A DNA stretch of 64,000 nt from Lama glama (taxonomy: Eukaryota), in assembly GCA_028534125.1 (NCBI GenBank), contig CM052817.1, positions 104,472,001 through 104,536,000 on the forward strand, written 5' to 3'. The position numbers and the translations under genes were made by a program. Below are positions 11,963 to 25,637 of the stretch, in pieces (the stretch's first letter is position 1; every line of letters begins with the position of its first letter). Under the pieces are notes generated by a model. The model saw only the letters and a program-made list of their open reading frames with translations, was not told where the DNA came from and did not search any database.

Positions 11963-12859
11963 CTATCTCCTCCTTGGACATTTTATTTCCTGGGAGCCTC
12001 TTTCCTTTGAATGTCCCTAACTGTGAAAGCATTCTTTCTAATATTTAATAGCCCGTGTCCTTCTATTTTCTGTTAGTCCTAGATTTATATTCACTCAGTA
12101 ATAGATTTTTTTTTTAACTTTTGTTACATATCCTGTTACTTCTTTCTGTTACTTTTTCTCTGCAAAAATCAGACTAACACTCTGTGGTCCAAGTCCAATT
12201 TGGTAAGTGAAAAATAAGCTGTTCAGAGTCTCGAACATTCCAGTGAGAAAGGTTATCTGAAGTGACCCAATGAGACGCATCCATTTCCTAGAGGTAACAG
12301 ATCCGTAAGAAAGTTCCCAAATTTATTGTGTTCCTTATACCCTTGCCTTTGTTTTGCTGAGTGTTGCAGGAGTTAACAATCACCTTTTTCCTGTTCATTT
12401 TAATAAGAGCTGAGCTGATAGGAAATACAGGCGTGAACGTTACTGGTGACCCGCCGGAGATGAGTTACTCTGGGTGACTCCACGTGGAGTCACAAGGTCT
12501 CACTTTCAATTCTTGTTTTCTCTTTACTTGGAGCCAGCAGGCTAGAAAAGGTAATGGGGCCCTCTCTTTATTTATGTGATCAAAAATGAGAAACAGGGCC
12601 GTGTATTCCAAATACACGCATTGCTAGTCTGATACAATGTTTTAGAACTAATTTCTTTCCTTGAAATGAATAATTGTAGGCGTTGCTGTCCTTGGCAAAA
12701 ATCCAGATATACATAATGCTACTTTATTTTACAGAGCAGAGATTCCTCAAAAAAAAAATTTATGACACTCCATTATGTTACAAATGTTTGGTGTGACTTC
12801 ACACAATTTTCAGCATTTATCTCAGTAATTTATATTTGAATGAACAAAACCAATGAATA

Positions 12860-13080
12860 AAGACACTGATATATAAATATAAAGAAGACAAACAAGAAGG
12901 TCCTACAGTATAGCACAGGGAACCATATTCAATATCTTGTGATGGCTATAATGAAAAAGTATGAAAAAGAATGTATATGAACTGAATCACTATGCTGTGC
13001 ACCAGAAAGTAACACGTCGTCGTAAATCAACTACAAAAGAATCAAATAAATAAATAAATAAATATACACACAAAAAAACT
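12860..13080 (+). mobile_element. L1 3' fragment (sense)
   Basis: gtcctacagtatagcacagggaac...gctgtgcaccagaaa followed by an (AAAT)n tail. Confidence 0.88.
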
Positions 13081-14324
13081 TATAGGCAAAAAACTTGAAA
13101 GAATAGTAAAAGCAGAACTTGGTATCTTTTTTTTTTTTTTCTATCTTCCAGAGACACGCCTTGTTCTCAGCAGGCTTTTCCTAATTGTTCTGAATTTGGG
13201 AGATAATCTTTCCCGGCTTGCAGTGACAGTGTCATCAATAATACAGATTGTCTTGACTGGTAAATTACCTTACGTGACTGAAACCAAGTGGATTGATTAA
13301 TTTTACCTTCCACTTTGGCTAAACAAGTCACCCTGATTTTTTGGAAAGAACGTGTATTCTGTAGGCCAATTATTTAACAAGGAGTGTTTTTCAAAAGAAA
13401 AAAAAAAGACACTTATCTGCTTATAAAACTGTCTTAAAGTAGATTTGAATCAAGGAGGAATTTTCCAACCTCAGAGAACTTCAGACAAAAGAAGATAGAA
13501 ATATGATGTTGCTTCAGAGGTAAAAGTCAGCATTTACATATTATAAAGTTGTTTACATGGTGCTGCATTTATCGTTTCTTTGGGAATTTCCATGTTTGCT
13601 AACTACCCTGTTATATCAAAGTGCAGAAATACCGAAGGAATATCAATTAGGTAGAGTTTATCTACTTCCTACTTTAAGAACAATATGTGTTCAGGATTAC
13701 AGTTACTTTAAATGACATTCTTTCTTTAAGGAACTCATATCTGTTTGGCAATATGCAAAAAAAAAAAAGGAAAAGAAAAAATATCCTCTCTTTTCGCAGT
13801 CACACAAACTCCTTTTTAAACCTGTATATTTATGTATCAAGCAAACAGAAGGCAAACGCTGTGTACGTAAACTGATGCCTACTGGGTATGGTGCTTGGTG
13901 CCAGCAAATCATGATTTATATCTGAGAGAGTATTTATAACCTCAGCATTTCCTCCTTCCCTAATTACCATATTTGAGTTCTCATCTTCCTTTTAACCACT
14001 GCAGAGTAGTTACACACTCATTTCAAATCTTCCACAATCATCCTCAGACATAAGTAAATTTAGATACAGTGTCTAATTTGGTTCACAAGTTAAGATTCCC
14101 CTAGAGCAGCCCTGGTGAGCTGTCGTCCGGTCACAGCACTCTGACCGTCTCAAGCTCAGTGCAGTGACCTCCTTCCTGCCTGGGTCAGATGCAGCGGGGG
14201 CTCCAGGAGCCCGTTAGCTCCCCACCCCCAACTCGCTTCCAGGTTTACGCGGGGCTGCAGAGGAGCTCCTGGGCTGGGGAAGCTTCCTGCAGGTGGATTT
14301 CACGTTAGACATTATATTGAGAAC

Positions 14325-14824
14325 NNNNNNNNNNNNNNNNNNNNNNNNNNNNNNNNNNNNNNNNNNNNNNNNNNNNNNNNNNNNNNNNNNNNNNNNNNNN
14401 NNNNNNNNNNNNNNNNNNNNNNNNNNNNNNNNNNNNNNNNNNNNNNNNNNNNNNNNNNNNNNNNNNNNNNNNNNNNNNNNNNNNNNNNNNNNNNNNNNNN
14501 NNNNNNNNNNNNNNNNNNNNNNNNNNNNNNNNNNNNNNNNNNNNNNNNNNNNNNNNNNNNNNNNNNNNNNNNNNNNNNNNNNNNNNNNNNNNNNNNNNNN
14601 NNNNNNNNNNNNNNNNNNNNNNNNNNNNNNNNNNNNNNNNNNNNNNNNNNNNNNNNNNNNNNNNNNNNNNNNNNNNNNNNNNNNNNNNNNNNNNNNNNNN
14701 NNNNNNNNNNNNNNNNNNNNNNNNNNNNNNNNNNNNNNNNNNNNNNNNNNNNNNNNNNNNNNNNNNNNNNNNNNNNNNNNNNNNNNNNNNNNNNNNNNNN
14801 NNNNNNNNNNNNNNNNNNNNNNNN
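14325..14824. other. Assembly gap (500 N)
   Basis: A run of exactly 500 N next to a poly-T tract. The true length is unknown. Confidence 0.99.
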
Positions 14825-14899
14825 TTTTTTTTTTTTTTTGATTAGTGGATGCACTGGGGATGAGCAGGCACTCTACCACCGTGTTCTACCCTCCTCCCT
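14825..14899 (-). mobile_element. SINE fragment
   Basis: Poly-T followed by actgggga...ctctaccacc...taccctcc. Confidence 0.65.
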
Positions 14900-17864
14900 C
14901 ACTCCATCTTTTGGTCTCCCCTGATTTGGAGGTTTTGGGCAGTTTGAGCTGATACTAAGACTGATGTGGAAGAACTGTTGTGTTGTTGGGTACCCTTGGG
15001 GCTGGAATTCCTGGGGCTACACATGCCAACACACAGGGGAAAAAAAATCTAGCGTCCTCCACGACCCCATGGAGACATCTCAGAGAGTCCTCGGAGCGGG
15101 CCTAGCCCACTGTGAGACTGACTCACTCAGCTAGCCGGTAATAGAAGAGTCCCAATGGGAACTTCGATCCCAATCAGAATTTAAACTCCTGGGATCAGTA
15201 GGTTTGAACCATCAACAGAGGCGGCAGGGCTGCAGGAGGAGCAATTCAGGTAGCATCTTCCCAATCCATTGTAGCCCATGCAACCCAAATTCCAGCGACT
15301 TCAGATAAGCCTGGTGGCCACCTTTGCTTCCGCTATTGGCACAAGTGATCCCCGTTCTCTTCTTCTCCACCATTTTCCATCGAGCGGCATCCAGTGGGAA
15401 GAGGATGCGGGTGATTCGCTGTGGCTTTGGATCCACTCCAGGATCCAGTGAGGAGCCAGGGACATTGCTGTGTCACTGCCTCGGTGGTCCATCCTTCCCT
15501 GCAGCTCTGGGCAGACGGTCTGAGGTTTTGCCCAAGTCAGTGCTGACAAATTCAGGCATGAAATTAAACTCAGGAAGTCACGGGATGAACCAGGTTTTTT
15601 GTTTTCTGTTTTTTGGGTTTTTTTGAATCAAAAATACTCCTTTGAGAAAACGAAAACATGTGAAAAAGTCCCTTGGGTGTGAAGAACTGCCACTCATCTG
15701 TAGATGTTGAAAGGCTTGCCTGTAGATTCAGAATGCCCAATCTTAGCAATACAAAAATGGTATCAGCTCTGCCATGAAATGTTTTTATTCTTACATCACA
15801 GCTGTATTTTGAATTGGCATTTTCAAAATATTTTAAATCTCAGGTTGAACGGTAGGTCATTGCACCTCTCTTCATCTCTGTAATGAAATCTTCAAAACCT
15901 GATTTACAAGGTCTTTTTCTTTTAATTCCAAATATGTATATATATTCTGGATCCACATCAGTAAAAGTTTGCTGGAAACAGCTGTTATTAAGAAAACACT
16001 CAATACCGTCCATCTTCTTTTCTTATTAATAAGAGTTACTTCTCCTTTCTACAGCACATCAGTTTGCGTGGCTTCCTCTGATGCCCAGATAGGGTATAAA
16101 ATCAGAACACGTCGGTTTAGTTCCTCAATGCAAATGAAGAGTGCATGGTATGGGTAAGGGTCATACTTTTCTCACTTTCATTATAAGCACATTTTCCCGA
16201 AACATAAATAAAACACTGGGAAGTGGTGACATCCTTTGAGAATTGCTAAATCGTCTCACTAAGCGAGACTATCTCTTTTGGCTTTTGCTCTGCACCTGGG
16301 ATAGCTTCAGGTAAATTATTCCCAGTTCATTTGTGGTCTAGTAATTAGCCATCTTAACCTTGACTTTTTAATTCTCTCATCACTTAGATTTTTCTTAATA
16401 TTCTGCTATTCTTCCCAGACAAGATTAATAAACAAGAATTTCTTCAGGTCATACTGGCAGAACTTGCATAAATAAAACAACAAATAGCCAAGACTGGCTC
16501 TGGGTGGTAAAAAATTTAGGGAAAATGGCACCTCAAACATTATCGGTAGATATCTTGCAGTCTGGTTCGTGAGGGCTGTGAGTCTTAGGGCAGCTTAAAT
16601 TTAAATGAGGTGTGATCAGGAGAGGGAGTGGGTGTCACGGGCTTGAGATCATATTTGAGAAAAGTCCCAGAAGCGGATGATCCAGAATGCAACCGGCTAA
16701 CGAAATACACATCTGAACGTTAACTGAAAAAAATACTGTTTAACCTTTATTGACATTTAATTAACTTAATTCTTATAAATAACCCTATGAAGTAGACACT
16801 GCTATTTTCCTATTTTATTGATGAGGGACTTGAAAGCACCGGAGATTGAGTGACTTAACAGGCGTGGACCAGCGAAAGTGGGATTCTGATGTTGATTGTA
16901 GTACCATTTCCGACATCGTACCACATGCAGAACATGATAACAGGTGTGCATTAACTGCGATTGATGGACAGCACACCCAGGACCCTTCAACTGTCCTGTA
17001 GTCTGAGAAAACTCCAGATCTTGGCACAGTGGTAACTAATTTGTGGCAAAACCCATAGCTTCTTGGCTGGTGAATTCTGTGCCACGTTGCTATGCCTGTA
17101 CGTTAGGGATTAGTGAGAAATATGGCGGGAGAGGTAAATCCAAACTATGGGAGGTCGTATGAACACTGGGTGAAACAGTTTGGATTTTACTTGACTGTTA
17201 GGGTTCTTGAAGACCGGCAGTATTTTAAAAGGATCTGAATAACTGTGTGCTTAGAAAGTGGTTTGGAAGGAGCAGAGCTTTGAAGACAGTGGGTGTATCT
17301 GTTGACGATTCAAAGCTATTAGAGCAATGGCAGTGAGGATGAAAAGGAGGAAAATTAAAAAACAAAACACTGAGAGAGAAAAATATTGGCATACTGATAG
17401 CAATTAGAATTTAGAGTGTGAAGTACCCAGAAGGCTCAAAAAGAAAGGCAAACCGAGAGAACGAAACGTTCACTAGAATGGCATCTTCGGGAGAGAAGCC
17501 ATATGGGAAATGGCGGGATATAGGAAAACACAACCAGCTGACGTTTCTTGTTATTGGAGAGGCTGCAGGTTGGCTTTGGAGATGAATGTTTTAAAATTCC
17601 AAGCCTGGGAGCGAAGCTTGAACTTGTGGGTTGCCTCCCTGGGGTGGTCAGTGTCGAAAGGGAAAATAAAAAGCGCTAAATCCAAAACTCCCAGGATAAG
17701 CAGATGGGAAATGCTGACAAAGAAACTTCAGGGCGTAAGACGAGACATGAGTCTGTTGGAAAGGAGGGAAAACAGAACTGCAGTGCTAGGGGTTCGAGGT
17801 CTTGTAGTTGAATTGCCCTTCCTGGAGCTCCTTTATACTGTGTCTGCCACAGAATCACTCTGTG

Positions 17865-17986
17865 TATGGTTGTTTGCTGGGGGCAGGGGTAAGTATTTGT
17901 TTGTTTATTTACTGGAGGGACTGGGGATGAACCCAGGACCTCATGCCTGCTAGGCATGCGCTCTACCAGTGAGCTAGACCCTCCCC
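17865..17986 (-). mobile_element. tRNA-derived SINE (Vic-1-like)
   Basis: ctggggatgaacccaggacctcatg...ctctaccagtgagcta. Confidence 0.88.
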
Positions 17987-19375
17987 TTGAGTATTTTCCA
18001 TAATGGGAAATCTGCACTCTCCTGGGTCAGCTCAGTTCATCTTGGAAAGAGATATATTAATCTCTCCTGTGACTCTGACTTGCTGGATCCAGTTATGGGG
18101 CAGAATAAGACCAGCCACCTTTTACACAATAGCCTGTCACGTATCTAAATTCAGTTGCCATGGAATGTTCCCTCCCCTGCCTTTTTTTTTACCCCTCGCA
18201 AGATGTGAACTGTAGGACTTAGCATTTCTTTTCATTCGTCCCCAAATGACTACCCTCACACTTTAAAAGGCAGCCCTTTTGACCTGCTGCATTAGATTGT
18301 GGTCGACGAGTCTTAGCCGTGAATTCAGAAATGCTGAATTGCCTGCTGTTCCTCACACAGCATGTCACAGGATCATAGGACCCCCCCATCATTTCTCCCC
18401 TTTCCAGGCTGCAGAATCCTGACATTTCGGGGTCTGCCCTCCGCAAGCAATCGCTGTTTCCATCCCTACAACCGTCTTGCATGCCCTCTGATTCCTCTTT
18501 CCCCATCTTTAAGGGTAGTGATATAAGCACAGTGTCACATAAGCCAAAAAGGGAGAGGCTTCCGGAAGGAGGGGCTAGTCCATAAGGACCTCAGGAAAGA
18601 TGAGGAGCTGGAGAAGGCCCTTAGACTTGACCCTATGGAGAGTGTTGGCAGCTCAGCAGAAACGTAGTCCCATTGTTACAGCAAAGCAGTCCTACGAGGT
18701 GGAAAATGACAGCGTCCTGTAAAGCAAATGCAGGCACAAAAAAGTGAGTTGCTTTTGTAAAAAGCACGCAGTGCATTGCCTGTCACCTAGCACATTTTTG
18801 TTGATTTTATTGACTATTTATTATTGGCAGCGATGCATGACTTTGAGATACTACTTATATTTTACAGTATTTTCTCATAGATCTCATTTGAACCTTGTAA
18901 TAGCCATGTACAATTTTCCTGATGAGAAAACCAACTGTCTGAAAACTTGGCTGAGGTCCCCCAACACGCGGAAGAGTGAAGCTGAATTCAGCTCCAGTTT
19001 CATTCTACACAGATCTGACCATACTCCGAGTCCAGCTCTCTCTGAGACGTTTCTGTGACTTGACTCACCTGCAGATTCAAATGAGTCAATAACTAGCTCA
19101 CCTGGATAGAGTCGGAATTCGTGACAGTGGCCTTACACGCATTTGCTGTAGCCGGTTTAACAAACGAGCTGCTAAGAACTGTTATCCCAATACACTGAAA
19201 GCGATAATGGAGATCAGCCAAAGTCATAGTAACAGTGGCGGTGGTCTCGTTAATTCCATGATCCCATGCTAACATTAACAAATTATCCATAATAAAATTC
19301 ACAAATCTTGGATTGCCAACTATCCCTCAGGTATGCACCCTTTTATCTTATTTAATCCTCATGACACTTCAAGAG

Positions 19376-19659
19376 GTTTTTTTAAATTTTTTAATTAAAG
19401 TATAGTTGATTTACAGTATTGTGTTAGTTTCTGGTATACAGCCAAGTGATTCAGTTATACATGTATATGTGTATATTCTTTTTCATGATAGGTTATTACA
19501 AGGTATTAAATGTCGTTCCCTGAGCTATTCAGTAGATCTTTGTTGTTTATCTCTTTTATATACAGTAGTGTGTATCTGCTAATCCCAAATTCCTAATTTA
19601 TCCCTCCCCCTCCTTTCCCCTTTGGTAACCGTTAGCTTGTTGTTTATGTCTGTGAGTCC
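19376..19659 (-). mobile_element. L1 3' fragment
   Basis: aagtatagttgatttaca...tatgtctgtgagtc, flanked by caagag repeats. Confidence 0.88.
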
Positions 19660-20498
19660 AAGAGTTATTTTTAACCTCCTTTTACACATGAGTGAACTGG
19701 AGAACTTCTTCCGTTAACTGGAGCAGAGAACAAGGATGTGAGTCAGGACTGGATCTGCTTGTGAACCTCCAGCACCAAATCATTCAATTATTTTTATTTT
19801 TATTTTTTTCTGTGACAATGGAAAAAAAATACAATAGGGATATGAATTCATCCATGAGAGCAATGAATTTATACTCTACATAGAGACAAGCTTTCTCCCA
19901 TTTCCTCCCATTTTCAACATCAGTCCTTCAGCATCGTTGTCTTGCAGTCTCTCAAACCCCTCCTCTTCCCTTAATACAGTGACCACCACGTGGTTTTACT
20001 TGCTTCCCTGCTCGATTGGTCTAGACCAGAAGACAACCATGTTCACACCGAATCCTCTGATGTGCCAAAATCTTTTCCTCCTCGCCCTTCCCATTTCAGA
20101 CCTGGGGATTTCAGGGTGGGGTTTCATGCCTTCCCTCCTCTGTAGCAAACCTGTTGTCTCTGTATCACAAAAGATGATAAGACGCCCCAGACCCAGCCGC
20201 TGTGCTTTCCCTGCACCTCTACCCCATTTCCATCTTCACCAGCCCCCTCTCCCTGACCTCTTGCTCACAGGAATGAAGTCTGTTTCCTACCTGTGTATTT
20301 TTCTACCTGTCCAAAGGTACTCCTCTTACATCCCTTCTTCTTTCCCTGTGCTTTTTCAACTTCTCAAGAGCATTCACTTAACAATAGGTCATTCTTTTGT
20401 CTGTTTTTGTAAATGTCTGCCTCTCTGTGGCACCTTCACCTCTGCTTATGAACAAGTTCAGCTTTTCCTTGTAAAAACAAAAGGAAAAAGCGTTTAAA

Positions 20499-20638
20499 GT
20501 TTTTTCTTAGGTCTTTTGTTTGTTTGCAGGGGACTAGGTCATTAGGTTTATTTATTTTTTAATGGCGGTACTGGGGATTGAACCCAGGACCTCATGCACG
20601 CTAAGTATGTGCTCTATCCCTGAGTTATACCCTCCCCC
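20499..20638 (-). mobile_element. tRNA-derived SINE (Vic-1-like)
   Basis: ctggggattgaacccaggacc...tgagttataccctcccc. Confidence 0.88.
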
Positions 20639-21545
20639 AAAATGAAAATTTAAAATAAAATTTTCCCTAGTCAGCTATCCTGTCACTGCTCTGCTCTGTT
20701 TCACCAAAAGAGAGATTATATCTCTTTGCTCATTTACGTGAGTATGAATTTCTCATCCTTCCTACCTTTCCACGTGGCTTCTGCCCAACAAGTATGCCAG
20801 TCTTTTTTCAGAAGTGAATTCGAAGAATGGGGGCCAAACTCTGAAGCGTGATGGCTAGTTCTGAGTAAAGACTGAATCCAAATTAAGGCATTACAAATAA
20901 TAGTATCCCTAACTACTGTGCTCAAAGCTTATTTAGTGGAAGAGGCATATGGAGGGAAACGTAGGTGGGAAAAGGAGGGGGCAGAGGCGTGGACTAGGGG
21001 AAGGGAGCTGAGACGCTGTCCGAGGGCTACAGGGATGACTGCCTTTAAGAGTCGCATGTTGTAGGTGTGCTTCGCTGCGAAGACTAAGCATGGAAACCAA
21101 GCGAGGGCCTAGGGATCGTGGCATCCTCTGTAGGCTGAGTCTCCCATCCCCAACCCGGTGTCACCACACTGTTCCAGATTCTTAACACCCAGATGATTGT
21201 AATCGTTGCTCAGATGGGGTCCCTGCCTCCAGGCACTTCTCTCTCCCTCTCAGGTCACCCTGCGTGCTAATGCTGGTATCTGGTTTTCTGTGCATGTAGC
21301 AAGAACTAAGAAAATGTGAATGAATGAAATAATGGATGAATGAAAAGAATTCCCAAGTTACAAAATCACTACGGCCCTCATGAAGATTGTTTTAAAGTGA
21401 TGAATTATTTTTAAAAAAATGTAGGCAGAAAAAAACAATATTATTTTACCAGAGCCAAGAAACCTTGGCAAGGGATGGGGTAGGGAGTGGGGACAGTGGG
21501 GGGCTTTTTAAGATATATAAGACAAAAAAAAGAAGGGACTTGAAA

Positions 21546-21574
21546 ACACACACACACACACATACACACACACA
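21546..21574. repeat. (CA)n microsatellite
   Basis: Read directly from the sequence. Confidence 0.9.
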
Positions 21575-22259
21575 TTTTCCAAAATTTAATTTGCTATATA
21601 GCATTTTATGCTCCACTCTTTACAGAAAGCTAGAAATTATACAGAAGTAGAAGTTTATTCAAGTCATAAATGGTAAAAGTCTAACACATGCTGATTAAAC
21701 TGTAAGCCTCCAGTTAAAATACTAAAATGCCAATAAAGTCTGTGAATTCAGCCTGTTCCTATCACTAGATGGCAGACACCAATGTCAATCACCACTGATT
21801 TTTAAAAAATCACTGAACTACCAAGTCTCGATTTCCCATAAGGTAAAATTACATCAAAATTATGATTATTTTACAGTGCATTTTTATTTTATTATTAAAA
21901 TCATGTTCTCTACACCATTATTCTGTTGGAGAAAGCATGTTTATATTTTTTATTACTGCGTTTTCAGTTATAATTTAGCAATAGTGGTTTGCGTGAAGTT
22001 TGTCAATTTAAGATCTGTTTCATTCTTTCTACAATGGCACTATCACTTTTTTATTTCCAGTAGATATCCGAAGTTGATACTTAGTTCTTGAATCTATTTA
22101 GGACAGTCTCAACATGGTTTAAAAAAGGCTCTTGGGATCCAACCTGAGTTGGATAATTTAGAAAAACTTCAAAATGTTAAAATGCTGTAAAAAAAAGAAT
22201 TTTGTAAAATGGGAATGAAAATAAATAAAGCTTTTGAATTTCCCTATGGAAAATAATCT

Positions 22260-22413
22260 CTTTTTTTCCTTTTATTTCTTTTTTTTTTTTTTTTTGGCGA
22301 GGGGAGGTAACTAGGTGTACCTATTTAATCATTTTCTTTTTAATGGAGGGACTGGGGATTGAACCTCGTGCATACTAGGCATGCACTCTACCACTGAGGT
22401 ATATCCTCCCCCC
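22260..22413 (-). mobile_element. tRNA-derived SINE (Vic-1-like)
   Basis: Poly-T followed by ctggggattgaacc...ctctaccactgag, with ataatct on both flanks. Confidence 0.88.
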
Positions 22414-24830
22414 TAGAGAGATAATCTTAATTTTATGAAAAAAAAATGATATTGCTGGTGATGCTTCAAAGAATAGTTTCAGGAGAAAAAAAATTTGAAA
22501 GCATCTGTAAGATACAGGAAGTTGACTACGATTGGGAAACTATTCCAGCAAGTCTGAACGCGGTCATCAGTGAGGTCCTGGCTTCAATCTGCTTATGATG
22601 AATGACTTTTTCATGTCAGTTAAAAAAAAAATCAGAGCCTCAGACGGCACTAGGCCACTCTTTTTAGTGCTGAATTATCAGATGGCATTAACGGCCAATT
22701 TTTCTTTTTCAAATGAGAAACTGCGGGTAAGCCAGGAGGGACCTTCCTTTTTATCGTGCGCTTCTCTCTGGAACCTCTACTGCAGCGCTTGTGACTTGCA
22801 GAAGTTGGAGTGATTTATTTTGTAAACTTTGTTTTCATCACCGTCGATAATAGTCAGACGTGGTCCTGAACTCAGCATCACCGTGTTTAGGGCAAGGGTA
22901 AGCTGACGTTTTCCCTGAAGGTCCAGGTAGTGACTGTGGCGGTCTTTGTGACTACGTGGCGTCTGCAGCAACTCTCCGTGTCTGTGGTTGTGGTGCAAAC
23001 ACGCTCGAAGTCCTGCTAGACAAATGCGTGTGGGTGTGTGCCAAGAGGACTTCATTTACCAGAACACGCAGCGGCTAGGACTGGGCCATGGTTTGCTGGC
23101 CCTGATCTAGTGGAGTATCTTTGAGTGGAGGCAGAAAGAGAAGAGGTTCAGAGGACTTAAAAAAGTACCAGCCGCTCATAATGTATAATTCGTTAGGTTT
23201 CCGGGGCTCCAAAAATAAATATTACAACAAAATGCAGTGCTTTAGAAACCCAGATTTGCTTTCACTGGTTGCTTGTGTAGTAAGTCATGGTTTGTTGACT
23301 GAACAATTCTCTGAGTCAACAAACATCTACTGACCAACACTCTACTGGCAACAGATAAGATATAAAGCATACTAAGCCTGGATCCCAGGACCTACACGTT
23401 TGAAGAAAGATGTCTCGGGCTTTCATATTAAAGAGCAGGCTCAGAAGATTTATTTGCTCCCCCCCGCCGAGTCAGCCTTTGACACGAGTTCCCACAGAAA
23501 CACGGCTACTTCCTAACTCAGTTCGGGGGAAGACGGACACTGACTGGAACTTCCCTGCGTTCTCATCCAATCACTCCCACCCAAAGGACTCCTGAAGCCA
23601 GGCTTCCTCTTTGCTTACTTTATTTTTACTTAAGAAAAGGAGACCCAAAATGCTAATGTACTGTGTCATACTTCTTTATTTTGAGGTTAGAGGTGGGTTG
23701 GGTTTCAATTCCTGTATCTGACTGCAGTAACAAACTGACCAAATTTCATTTCCTCTGGGAGACAGCTGAGATAGATAAATATATTTTAAAATCCGCTGTT
23801 TAAAACGCTTGCTTCTGGAGAAGAGGGCACATAGACCTAAAAGGAAAGGCCAGGGGCAGCAATTCAAACAGCCTTCCAGCCACATTTAAACTGTGACTCA
23901 CCTCAAAACAGTAACTATTCAGGTATTTGGGGAACATGGCCTTCATATTTCTAACAGATTTCAAGCAATCGTTCTTATCAAATTTATCAACAACTTCTAA
24001 CAACTGGTTAAATCATAAGAATTGTTGAAGGGTTATGATTTGAATTCATGATCTGGTGGTTTGAAAAGCTTATCTCATCCAATGTGAAAAACAATTTTTT
24101 TTTTAAAATGTGAAGATAAGAATGATGATGATTTCACAGACTGAATCGGTAACACCAGAAGTCACAGTAATTCAGTAAACTAGCTCAACTTGGAATTCGT
24201 CGGATTAAACAGTAGGATTTACTGTATGTAAACTTTATGTAAGCAGTAATTTTTGTGACTTTTAAACAATGATGATTATTGACAGTTTAGGCCATTTGTA
24301 ACCGAAGATGTGTGTATCTTCCTAGGAAATTCTTTGTAATATTACCAAGCTAAAACCTTCTATATTCACTTTAGTCCATGGTAACACGTTAAGATTTTTC
24401 ATAATTCTTCCATATTGGTGGAATGCCATATGTACTAAATTACACACCCTATAAAAGTATCATCAAAATAAAGCAAGTTATCAGATTACAATAGTTCTTC
24501 AAATACTAAGCCATAACTTCTATATATTAAAGCAAGTTTGTGCTCATGGACACCGACCACTAATAGATTAAGGTGAGGATGTAGCTTAACAGTGGTGCTG
24601 TTAAAATTGAGGTCATGGTGCATATCTGACGCATCAGTGTCTAAAATCTTATAACGTGACTTAAGAGTCCAGCAATGACTATGCCAGACTCAGGTCCAGC
24701 ACGAGGTGGAAGTGAACTGCGTTGCATTCTAAATCCGCGGTTGCAGTTTCTAATCCAGCCTAGGCGGCGCGGGGAGGAGGATGCTGGGCGCCCTCCAAGA
24801 GGTCTCACCAGGCTGCTGTGTGCTCCGCAG

Positions 24831-25011
24831 GATCTGCCACTGCGAAGGGGATGAGGAGAGCCCCCTCATCACGCCCTGTCGCTGCACCGGCACCCTGCGC
24901 TTCGTGCACCAGTCCTGCCTCCACCAGTGGATCAAGAGCTCGGACACGCGCTGCTGCGAGCTGTGCAAGTACGACTTCATCATGGAGACCAAGCTGAAGC
25001 CACTCCGGAAG
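24831..25011 (+). CDS. MARCHF1: MARCHF1 RING-CH (C4HC3) domain exon
   Basis: Acceptor cag ends at 24830 and donor gtacgt starts at 25012; 181 nt. It encodes [60 protein letters not shown]. Confidence 0.97.
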
Positions 25012-25098
25012 GTACGTGTCGCCGGGAAGGCTGCGCCGGGCAGCCCCGGCCACGCAGGCTTGTTTTCAAGACCCCTTTTCTTTTCCTGATAAGATTTT

Positions 25099-25558
25099 TG
25101 TTTTACATTTTTTATTGAAGTGTAATTGATTGACAATGTTAGTTTCAGGTGTACAGCGTAGTACTTCAGTTACACACATACACACATACATATGTTTTCT
25201 TATCAGATTCTTTATCATTATAGGTTATTACAAGAAATTGAATATAGTTCCCTGTGCTATACAGGCGGGCCTTGTTTACTATATATAGTGTGTCTGTTAA
25301 CCCCCAACCCCTAATTTGTCCCTCTCTTGCCTTTCCCTTTTGGTAACCACAATTTATTTTCTAAGTCCATGAGTCTGGTTTTGGTTTATAAATAGCATTT
25401 GTATCATTTGTTTTGAGATTCCACATCTAAGTGATATCACATGATATTTGTGTTTTCTCTGTCTGACTCACTTCACTCAATATCGTAATCTCTAGGTTCA
25501 TCCATGTTGCTGCAGATGGCATTATTTCATTCTTTTTTATGGCTGAGTAATATTCCTC

Positions 25559-25595
<37 letters not shown>

Positions 25596-25637
25596 ATCAC
25601 ATCTTCTTTATCCAGTCATCTGTTGATGGACATTTAC
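25099..25637 (-). mobile_element. L1 3' fragment with (TG)n, about 90 nt downstream of the RING exon donor
   Basis: L1 3'UTR pattern with TSD-like flanks ataag(a/c)tttt. Confidence 0.9.

Noticed and set aside
14214..14879. Long ORFs made of X residues
   Set aside because: These are artefacts of the 500-N gap.
19937..20497. 186-aa ORF
   Set aside because: Pyrimidine-rich, probably old L2-derived sequence with few stops by composition, and no homology recognised.
24750..25136. Antisense and alternate-frame ORFs over the RING exon
   Set aside because: These are an expected by-product of very high GC3.
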